Made by a program: the position numbers and the translations under genes. DNA of 64,000 bases. Source: Balanoglossus misakiensis (taxonomy: Eukaryota; Animalia; Hemichordata). Below the pieces are notes generated by a model. That model ran no database searches. It saw only the letters and a list, made by a program, of their open reading frames with translations, and was not told the origin of the DNA. The DNA is taken from assembly GCA_040954595.2 (NCBI GenBank), contig CM082587.2:10731403-10795402 (forward strand), read 5' to 3'. The stretch's first letter is position 1, and each line of letters starts with the position of its first letter. This document shows positions 33,589 to 44,104 of the stretch, in pieces.

Positions 33589-34055
33589 CTGTGGAAAGAT
33601 CAATATGGAAGATAATTTAACTTCAGGCCAACTAGTTGAATTGTCAATCGTCAATCCAGTTTTCGCTTTACAAAGCTGGTGAAAAAATCCCATTTTTGCT
33701 AATCCACTCAAATCTGGACTAGTGCCATCTTCCATGCGGTAATGTAGGTATTGACGGATTATAAAAATGTAGGTATTGACTGATTATAAAAATGTAGGTA
33801 TTGACTGATTATAAAATGATCAGTTTATATAAGGGCACACATAGCAAACTGGAAAACACAAATTCCCTCACATATCAGCAATATACAGAGAAAATTTGAA
33901 CCAACAGTAACACTGAATTAGTTGGTTATTTTGGTTCTTCAAGTTTATTATCTGCATCAGCATTCACATATTATTTTGGGGGCCTAATGAATATTGATAT
34001 GATATCAGTTGAATTTCAATTACGCAAAAATAGATCAGTAGAAGCCCATACACAC

Positions 34056-34271
34056 CAACACAATCAGGTACGTAATTATGGGGTAGCCATGTTCCACCAA
34101 TTATGCAGGTGTACATTCCTCCAGGTGAATCAATTTCTTGAATGAAATCATAACCAGCTTGACAGGACAATGCACATGAGAATCCTGAACCCAGTGGTCC
34201 TCCAATGACACGGGTGCAAGTCTTCTGTCCACCTTCTGGTGTAGGTAGTGACCACTCTGGACATGTATCAG
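34056..34271 (-). CDS. Host exon: CCP-like domain
   Basis: CPEWSLPTPEGGQKTC...SCQAGYDF...YTCIIGGTWLPHNYVPDCV. Confidence 0.85.
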
Positions 34272-34527
34272 CTGAATAACAAAATGAGATGTTAAAAGGG
34301 GAAATGTCTAATGTCTCAAAACAATGCCATATTAACTTCTAAATGTTTAAAGTCTCTGCCACCACTTTTTGCATTATTTTCGAAACTCAACTCAGTACCA
34401 GAAAAACGCTCAAAGCAGCATGCACACAAAAAGTATTATAAAGACAAAAAATCACCACAAACACACAAAAGTATTGAGATTCAAAATTCACCAAGCGACT
34501 AGTGGGCTAGTTTAGCTGAACACTTAC

Positions 34528-34758
34528 GTTGAACAGAAACATCAAATTGACACTGAGCCTGGTTGCCACTGTAATCGGTTGCAGTAACAGTCACTGTGAT
34601 GTAGTTCCTGGTTTCAACTGCAGTTCCATTTGGTGGTTCATATATGACGTCACTGATTCCGTGGTTGTCTACAACAGAGACTGCTGGATATGACACATTG
34701 TGTTCCACTTCATCAACAAGAATTACGTACGTGTCTGGACAGTCTAGTGGCATGGTAT
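34528..34758 (-). CDS. Host exon: HYR domain
   Basis: DCPD...VDNHG...VTVTATDYSGNQAQCQFDVSV. Confidence 0.88.
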
Positions 34759-35437
34759 CTGCAAGCCAAAATATATTTCATAAGATATGAGACTGTAATC
34801 TGCCAAGTTTGTAACCACAATACTTGCCAGCCATTAAAGCGACATAGTAATCTTGAATTCAGCTGGGAGAAGAACTGTTCTGTAGGTGGCTCCATGACAA
34901 CCCCAATTGCAAAACCAGTTGAACATCGTCCTTTTTCCCAGTGATGTTGACAACCACTCCAATGATGGACCATTTATAAGCTTTGTGATTTCCACAAATG
35001 AAAGCAGGCAGACAATGCATGAAATCAAATCAAATCAAATCAGAATGAAACACAATCAGAATCAAATTAGAATGAAACACAAACAAACATTAAAATCCAA
35101 TTCCAACATTGGTGATTTCATTCAAGAACTCAATCTGGCGGATAAATTGCTAAATTGTGCTGTTCTGATTACATGGTTTTCAAAAATAGGGTAGGTAGGT
35201 AGGGAATGTTTTTTTATGTTGCATTTTTTTTATTACTCTGGCCGCCGTAGTGTATAAGAATAACGTCATAATTCTTACGTGATTCTTGCAATTTTCATAA
35301 ATTTTGTATATTTGACATTGTTTTTTATACTTCCAGTTTAGGAAGCTCTAAAACGTTTAGGGTCAGCGGGTTATAATTAGGGTAGGTCGGGTAATTGGAA
35401 CAGCACATATTTTTTTATTTTGACCTAATGAACATAC

Positions 35438-35536
35438 CAATACAAACAGGTGCAGTGCCATTCCATTTAGCATTAGTGAGAAATGATGACTGTTCAGATG
35501 CATCCCTTCTTTTCCTCACAACTTCCACTGCGGCTG
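35438..35536 (-). CDS. Host exon: RKRR site plus C-terminal end of a CCP
   Basis: VVRKRRDASEQSSFLTNAKWNGTAPVCI. Confidence 0.75.
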
Positions 35537-36005
35537 CTGTTGAAATAAGAAGAATTTTTTTTCTGTAAGTAATACTTAATTCATGCTTGTAACACACCGC
35601 TCATAGCATGCATTTACCTGATGACCGTGCCTGTTTATGAAATACACATTACAGAGTCACGAATTTAGTCGATAATAGAAGAAAACTGCTGATTCAGCAT
35701 TTTTCATCAATGGTTTGTCTATGGGCAAATTTTTTTTTAATGCAATTTATCTCAAAATAGAGCAAGGTGACCCTTATATTTTAAGTGACCAATGAATTTA
35801 TATTTACTGGACTGAGCTATGTAGAAAATTTTGTGACAATGACAATAGAAGAAGTTAGTTTTCTAGCAATTATCAATGTAATCCTATGGGAAAAAGACGG
35901 GTGCGTGCAGTTTTCCGGTTTATGTTCTGCGCGTACATCCTTAAAAGAAAAGAAGAGATATAAGCGCCACTTTAGTGTGAATAAAAATAATGATTTTATA
36001 CATAC

Positions 36006-36267
36006 TGCATCTGACACTCTGGAAGAGCTCATATCCTTCAGGACAACAGAATGTTGCATCATCTTCTTGAATTGGGTTTGCAGAAGATGATAGTTCTGGA
36101 CAATTGTCTGAACTGTCAATGGCAACCAAAACTGGAAATACACTTGGATGGTTGGTCAGATAAAAGATTAGTTGAAGACCACATCCCGACAATTCTGCAT
36201 TGTCGTATCCAGGGCTCAATGGGTCTATGGGTTCAATCAGTAAGTTCAGCCCCACATCCATTAAAAG
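36006..36267 (-). CDS. Host exon: SEA-like module copy 1, part 2
   Basis: LSGCG...DNCPELS...FCCPEGYELF..RC. Confidence 0.75.
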
Positions 36268-36772
36268 CTGCAGGTAATGAATATACAGTCATAAGCATTT
36301 GTTTTAAAAGATGTTATGTTTAATATGCTTTATTATTATGCATCTGGCACCAAGAACAATAGAATTTAGCGTGTACTAAAAAGCCATACGGAACGGTACG
36401 TACGGAACGCGTGTTAAATACGCCTTAAGTTTCAAGGCGCCCCAACTCACCGTGTACAGGTATGTACTGTTATGCGGACGGTTTCAAGACACCCCCACTC
36501 CAACGCACGTAAACAAAAAAGAAAGATGACTGCTCACTGTTTCAGCTGAGCAGTTTACGATCGATTGTATCGACAAAATTAAACATCGCATGGTTGTCAC
36601 ATTTGCATGAAAATATTCTCCCAATATGCATTTTTTCTTTGGATATGCAATCTGAAGAGCATGTGAGATAAAATGCTATGAAGTGAACAATTTGTTGAGT
36701 GTAATATTCTAGACTCCAGAAAGAGTCTACAAGATTTTCTGCAAGACTGAAAGAGACAGTTAGAGTACCCAC

Positions 36773-37008
36773 CGAATTATCCGATAGCGAGGTGAGACTT
36801 ATGGATAATGCGATATTGATTGTAACCAGACCAGCAAGAGGAACACATGCTCCTGATGGATCTTGAGACAGGAGTTGAGTTAAACCATTAACAAGTTGTG
36901 TTGTTATTTCTGTACCATAGTAGTTGCCACAGGATTGCTGGTCTGTAATCTGCCCACTACCATTATATGACACACTAAGCTGTGCACAGTAGTCAGGAAC
37001 GTCACGGT
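36773..37008 (-). CDS. Host exon: SEA-like module copy 1, part 1
   Basis: RDVPDYCAQLSVSY...SCGNYY...LTQLLS; phase-0 GTGGGT donor. Confidence 0.7.
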
Positions 37009-37431
37009 CTGCAAAGTAATTATCGAATAATTGTAAATACAGACCCATACAACTCCTATTCTCTTCAGGTCAATTTGTTCAAAGCATAAATGGGTTCAAC
37101 TCTTTGTGGTTTATTCTGATTTTAAATTTAACTGTATTATTACTTCATGGTGTGTATGAAAGATACAAGAAAAAAAATCACTTTTTGAAATAAACATTTC
37201 TCTGTTAATTATCAAGTTCTGTTAATTATCGAGAATCCCCTAAAAGTATATATTTTCTGAAAGTAAATATAGGAGAACATTTTGGTGTGACCATTGTTTA
37301 CACAACTGTCATGTGACAAGCAATTTAAATTAACTTCCAAAAACAAGTTTTCTGGATGTTTTGTTTTAACACTTTGAGACATCACTCAAGTACAACACGT
37401 TATCAACCAAACTAAGGGTAATATCTCTTAC

Positions 37432-37533
37432 CTGGTAGTTGAGTTGGAGTTGGTAGGGTCGTAAGACCACCTGTTGTGGCTTTCAGAGTTGTTGCTGGTT
37501 TCGTAGTTGGTTTAGTACTGACATCATGATATA
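37432..37533 (-). CDS. Host exon: Thr/Pro linker
   Basis: 102 nt; HDVSTKPTTKPATTLKATTGG. Confidence 0.7.
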
Positions 37534-38043
37534 CTGTATAAATGAAATTGAATGAATACTTTATATTACACACTGGACATGGGTGTCTATATGATAAGAG
37601 TGGAAGAGTTATTTGACCAACCGTATACAGATCAATTGCACTGAGCATTGTTATTGCCTCATTTGTGACATAGAGTCTGATTCAAACAACGATGATGATG
37701 GTAACTAACAATGTATAACTGTTTAACTGTTTACATTGCAGGTATTATGATTTTTTTTTTTCAATTGAAATTTTCACTGTACCCGTACATGAAGTTTCTA
37801 TCAATAAAGCCAAATTTTCAATGTTTTATTATTCATAGTTTACTTTATCATAATAGGAAGTAAACCTACATTTCTTTGAAAAAAAAGTGAGGAGTGAATA
37901 TGTTTTCTCCTTTCTTCCACCCCTCACCCCCTAAAAATAATGGTGTCATCCAGGAGCTAGAGTCGTGTCAACTAAGTAAACAAGATTCATCCTTACTTTG
38001 GAGCTCATAATGCTGAAAAGTGTAGAAATTCGTATACATTCAC

Positions 38044-38654
38044 CTTTTGATGTTAACAGATCATCGGTGCCTCAGTTGTATGTTTTCTTGTTGTTCTTCT
38101 TTGGGAAGTGGCAGTATCATCAGTTATCATTTGTGTTTGCCATTCTGTGGTGCCTTCTACCGTTTGCCAATATTCTGTGGTGCCGTCCATTTTATTTGTT
38201 GTCAAAAGTGTCTCTGGTGTGGTGGCGTCCATTTTGTTTGTTGTCAACAATTTCTCTGGTGTGGTCCATGACTCTGTTGGCATCACATCACTTGCATCGT
38301 CATACTCTGAAGTCTGGTCTGCAGGAGTAATATCCACAGATTCTGCTGTTGACATCATTTCTGTTTTTGAGATCGGAGCAGATGTTGTCTTGTATGTACC
38401 CTCACCTTCTGTGCTTGACTGCTGATCAGGCTTTTCAGAACTTGCCTCTACTGTTGTCACGACAACAGGCATGGTTACTGTAACCATAGTAACTGTTGTG
38501 GTTGACTTGCTTTTTCCAGTTGTCACAGCCGGTATATTGTCTGTGTCCAACACAGTTGTCATTCTGGGCGAAGTTATGGCATATCCATCAGTTGAGATGC
38601 TTTTTTCTGTGCCTTCGGTGTAGGGACTAGTTAAATATTCCAGCGTTGTTTCAT
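38044..38654 (-). pseudogene. Host exon: Thr-rich mucin stalk, probable -1 frameshift near its 3' end
   Basis: 611 nt to a strong AAAG|GTGAAT donor; frame stops at TAA 38053-38055, 9 nt before it. A weak in-frame GTTAAC donor is an alternative. Confidence 0.6.
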
Positions 38655-39201
38655 CTGTTGATAAAAATGAACATTACAATTTGAATAATCTAGAACAAGG
38701 AAATCTAATGTTATATTGTTCTCCACTAACATGAACAGTATTGAATCAATGTTCCTGGCAGGAGACAATTTCAAGGTATTCTCATCCCGGTGTGTGATTC
38801 AAATGATATTGTGTTATTATTCTATTGCTTTCTTTAATGCAATTGTTTATGAGGGTGTTGAGATTTCTTATTCAAAATACAGTAAAATAGGAAATTTTCA
38901 CGAACGATAAATTTACTGGTGAAAAAAAAAGTCGCTTATGGTTTTCAGAGATAACGATGCAGTGAAATACCAGAACGTGAAAATTAATCGCCACGTAACA
39001 GTTGCCACATTTGATATCATGAACATTTCCTCTTGCGAAAATTTTGCATAAGAGTGTACCAGATATTGGTGTGCAAAACACAATATCTGATATCACAACT
39101 AATGTAACAAATTCAGCTACACTCCATTGAAATCATCAGCAACATCGACCTATGTTATACAGTAAACTAATTACATATTGTATAAAATGAAACCATCTTA
39201 C

Positions 39202-39538
39202 CTTCAAGCGTACTCTCAATTGTTGTAACTATTCCAAAGTCTGGAAGTGTAGTAACTTCAAGCTCATCATCCTCACAATGTCGAAATTGCTTGGAGGTGT
39301 CAATAATCTCATCAAACTCAAAGTCTGTAACCCTGTAGTTAATTTTACCAGACACCGAATAGACCTTGACATTGAGAGGGGCTTGTATATCACCAGAACC
39401 AATGGGTTGTTCAAATAAGTTATCACTGAGTCTGTCTAGAGTAATCCAGGGACCAGTTGTGTGGACTTCCACAGTGGTGACAGGGTAACGATGATCCAAT
39501 ATTAATAAGCTGAATGATGCAGAAATGCTCTCTGCAAA
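39202..39538 (-). CDS. Expansin-like module 3, exon C
   Basis: 337 nt, intact. Confidence 0.85.
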
Positions 39539-40086
39539 CTAAATAAACAAATCAATCAATCAATATGCAGTACACTAAAAAGATGAACAACACAGTCCCT
39601 GGTTGGTCCTAATACTTTGAAATTTAGAGCAAGACTTACTGTAAAATGGGTTATTTTCGCGAGCATAAATTTTCGCAAAATACGCAAGATCTAAAAGAGA
39701 AGTGAAAATAAATGTCGTGTGATTTAACGATGCAGTTAGTGAAATACAAGAACGCCAAAATTAATCCTCGCGTAACAGTTGCCTCTTTTGATATTGCGAA
39801 AATTTCCTGGCGTGAAAATTTCCCGTTTTACAGTATTTGCAACAAATCATTGTCAATGACCTAGTCCCCACTGGATCTTCCCTTGTCCAAATCAGTTGAG
39901 ACTGGTTTGATTTCCAGGAGATCTAAACTTCCAGTAAAGAAACAGATGAATACTCTTGACAATTTAAACTTCAATCTTACAAATACTTAAAAAAATGGCT
40001 AGGGAGGTTTCAAACAAGTTTGCCAAGATGTGAAAATTAAAGACAAGGGTATATTAATTAGTTAATAATTGTTTTGTTTCACAAAC

Positions 40087-40305
40087 CTTGAACTTGATGG
40101 AGACATCTTCAGGACAGGCAATAACAGAGTAGGATACAAAAAGAGATGAAGGACTTTCACCATCTGACAAGATGTTGTAAGCATCCTCACTTAGAACCAG
40201 ACCATCTTCATCAATCATGCAGTACGGGTACATGCACATGTCTGTTACCCGGACAACTACAGATACATCATTTGAACCAATCACGTTCAGGCATTGCCCA
40301 CAAAC
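40087..40305 (-). CDS. Expansin-like module 3, exon B
   Basis: 219 nt; VCGQCLNV...VTDMC...ACPEDVSIKFK. Confidence 0.85.
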
Positions 40306-40581
40306 CTGCAATCACAGAAACCAAAATCTCCTTCTTTAGACAACACTGGAAGTACTAAAGCCAGCAGGGTTTCTTCAAATACAAAGCGATTATATCAATC
40401 TTAGCTGAGAAAATTAAAAAAACAGCGCAACACACAAAAACGAACAAGATGAAATAAAATTATTCATAACAAAAATTGTTACAAATCACAATGACTCGAA
40501 ATGACAGACCATCCGGTCAGTATTGACATCACAGCCAATCATGTACATAGTCTTTCAAGAACTAACGTTATCTATACTTAC

Positions 40582-40730
40582 ATGTGAATCTTGAAAATTG
40601 GCCATACCAGCAACCATACATGTACTTGTGTAAAATGTTCCAAATGAACAGGTACCATCAGTTGGTGTCTCACTGTACTTCTCACAAGTTGCATTTACAA
40701 AAGTCTCAAAGGTACCACATTCTCTACTGA
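40582..40730 (-). CDS. Expansin-like module 3, exon A
   Basis: 149 nt (6-nt in-frame insertion within a tacatgta motif). Confidence 0.8.
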
Positions 40731-41109
40731 CTGCAACAACAACATATGTTAACATATATTCAATCAATATGTAATCTTGGTTTCAATCAGAATCACACAA
40801 CTATAAAAAATAATTTATGCACAAAAATTGAGGGTGTAATGTTATATGTCATAAACGATACTGATTTTTGAAAAACAGGCGTATTTTTCTTCGCCTCCAA
40901 GGCTCCATGACTTGTACACTTCTGCTGAATTTCAGCCAAATAGTGTGCATTTGGACAGTTGCTGGCAATTGCAAACAATGTACAAGACTTTTTTTCATAA
41001 CGTCTGAAAGGTCCATTTTTGTATCTTTTAGCTATTTTTATTCTGAGTGGCAACCATTAGCTGCCCAAGATGAGTTTACATGTGTAGTCTTTATACGTAG
41101 TATAATTAC

Positions 41110-41721
41110 CTGTTGTTACATCATGAGAAGGTGTCACTGGTTTTGTTGTTGATATTTTAGTTGAAAGTGGTTCCGAAGATTTCGATTGAAATTCAGTGCG
41201 TTCGGTGGTCAGTTCTTGGACACTAGTTGTAGGCAGGGATGTACTTGTATCTACATCTGTTACTATTCTTGTTTTGGATTCTGTTGACCTGATTTCATAT
41301 TCTGTTGTCAAAGACTTTTGTGTGACTGGCTCAGCTGTTGTTGGGTTAGGCTTGATATCAGTAGTTGCTCTTTGAGCACTTGTTACATCTGTTGCAGTTG
41401 GGCCTATATCAGTTCTTGTTGCTGTTTCTGTGGTGTCTTCTTCATCTTCCATCGTTGAAAGTATCGTAGGATTGACGCTTGTTGTTGATAGAGTTGCAGT
41501 TGTGACAGTCTCGGATATTGCTGAGCTGACTTCATCCTGATCTGTGACTATAACATGGGTGGTCGAGTGGATACCAGTTGTGATCTCTTCAGATGAAACT
41601 GTTGTTCCACTTGTCACTTCAGTTCTTGTAGACCGACTGGTGAAGGAATCAGTCTCAGGCCCCCGGGTTGTAATGTACCCAGGCAATGTTGTTGGACCCT
41701 CCTGAGTAGATTGCATCTCGT
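41110..41721 (-). CDS. Host exon: Thr-rich mucin stalk
   Basis: 612 nt, open; paralog of 49664-50604. Confidence 0.8.
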
Positions 41722-42240
41722 CTGTTTTGGCAGGAAGGATACATGAAGAATAAGCGCTTCTGATTTCTCACAAACCATAGAATGTCCACTACTTGCATTT
41801 AATATACATTCATACCTACATTCATACCTACATTCATACATACATACATGCATGCATCCATGCATCCATCCATCCATACATACAAACATACTGTAAAACG
41901 GGTTATTTTCGCGAGCATTAAATTTTTCGTGAAATATGCGATAGCCAAAATACATGAAAATAATAAGTCACATAAAATATTTTTCAGAAATAACTATCCA
42001 GTAAAAATAAGAGATCATGAAAATTAATCCTCGCGAGACATTTGCCTCCATTGATATCATGAACAATTTCGTCACGAAAATGACCCGTTTAACAGTACAT
42101 ACATACAGATAGACAGACAGGCATACAGACATACAGACAGACAGACTACCTTGATCCCATAAGGTCCCATAGTATAGTATATATGTATACTGGTATATAC
42201 CAAATTGGACCTAAACTATGAAACTGAAACACAATCTTAC

Positions 42241-42544
42241 CTTCAAGCGTACTCTCGATTGTTGTAACTATTCCAAAGTCTGGAAGTGTAGTAACTTCAA
42301 GCTCATCATCCTCACAATGTCGAAATTGCTTGGAGGTGTCAATAATCTCACCAAACTGAAACTCTCTAACCCTGTAGTTAATTTTACCAGACACCGAATA
42401 GACCTTGACATTGAGAGGGGCTTGTATATCACCAGAACCAATGGGTGGTTCAAATAAGTTATCACTGAGTCTGTCTAGAGTAATCCAGGGACCAGTTGTG
42501 TGGACTTCCACAGTGGTGACAGGGTAACGATGATCCAATATTAA
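42241..42544 (-). pseudogene. Expansin-like module 2, exon C, 3' piece
   Basis: LILDHRYPV...TTIESTLEG|GTAAG. Confidence 0.85.
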
Positions 42545-43119
42545 CCCTAACGCTGTCGAGTCCGTAGCAGACCGCCCGATTTCCGGTGTGGGTAGAAGTC
42601 GAACGTTGGCGAGTGATGAATGACCTAATCGGTATGAATCGATATGATTCACCGACCCGCTGGAGTCTCTAGGCGTTTGCGTGCGCTTCGCTATAACGGG
42701 TTGTCTTTGAACTACCGTTTTGAGGGCAAAATCTGTTAGGACAGGAAAGTCTCGACAGGGTTATTTGCCTTGAACTACAAATAGCACACTATCCTTAGAG
42801 GCAAATTCCGCCGGTCATTCCGACCCTGGGGAGACCGTTTTTTATGTGTCCGCAAAAACGTAATTGACAGCGATGCATAGTTTTCCATAGCAGACGATTC
42901 CACAACGACATAGGGTATCAACCTTTTCGATGGCCAGACGTGTCGGACGCACTCGTGGGTGCCTGTTTAGGAGAGTGCGTTTTGGGATCGACTCGGGAAA
43001 ACATGACGATTTTTGCCGATGGTGCGAACCGATGACCGACGTCTTGGCGTGCGTGCGTCGCAGGCCATATCTTTCGCGACCGACTCGTAGCCTACAATTA
43101 CTCGTGAAAGAAAACTTGG

Positions 43120-43620
43120 TACGGACAGGCTTTGACGGGACTTGGCTTGCGTAGCCAGCGGCACAAGTGTGTAAAAACGACTGGGTGTGCATTTTGACGT
43201 AACGGCCGACGATGTAGACCGACTCGTCGTTTACACCCCGGTTCGCGACACATTGGATCGGACAGGTTTTGACGGGACTTGGCTTTGCGTAGCCAGCGGC
43301 ACGAGTGTGTAAAAAGCGACTGGGTGTGCATTTTGACGTAACGGCCGACGATGTAGACCGACTCGTCGTTTACACCCCGGTTCGCGACACATTGGATCGG
43401 ACAGGTTTTGACGGGACCTCGGCTTTGCGTAGCCAGCGGCACAAGTGTGTAAAAAGCGACTGGGTGTGCATTTTGACGTAACGGCCGACGATGTAGACCA
43501 ACTCGTCGTTTACACCCCGGTTCGCGACACATTGGATCGGACAGGTTTTGACGGGACTTGGCTTTGCGTAGCCAGCGGCACGAGTGTGTAAAAAGCGACT
43601 GGGTGTGCATTTTGACGTAA
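43120..43620. repeat. ~139-140-bp tandem repeat (~3.6 copies) in piggyBac 1 left subterminal region
   Basis: attttgacgt recurs at 43191, 43330, 43470, 43609. Confidence 0.9.
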
Positions 43621-44104
43621 ACAAAGCCGACGAATACGCTCTCGGTCCGGTGGGTTTTGCGTTACTCACCATTAGAGAACGACACAGTGTGCGGATGCCT
43701 GTAACTCAGGCTGGTGAATTGGACGGGTGTGTGCCGTAACGGTTCCTCGGTGCTGCGTGTTACCGAGGGGTATGTACAGACACGGGCGAAAGGCGTGCCT
43801 TGCATTCGCGTAACATAGGGGACATGAGTTCTGCTTAGGCCGCACAGATGCGAAATTTTAACGTCATGGTCGATCAATACTTTCTGTATTGTTACGCAAA
43901 TTGCCGTTCCAGATTTCCATTTCTGGCGGGAATTTTGAGGAGCCCCATAGGTCCGATTGCCTGCGGACATATTTTTGTGTCACGTGTTTGCGTACCTATA
44001 TATTAGGCGTCCAATTAGATGGGAGAACGCCTGTCACAGGTTCATGTGCGACTGCTAATAAAAGGGGTGTTTCGTGGACAGTTTTGTCAGTACCACTACA
44101 GACC

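Noticed and set aside
43120-43620. Regular repeat array as a possible CRISPR-like locus
   Set aside because: Whole units are near-identical with no unique spacers; it lies inside a piggyBac in eukaryotic DNA.
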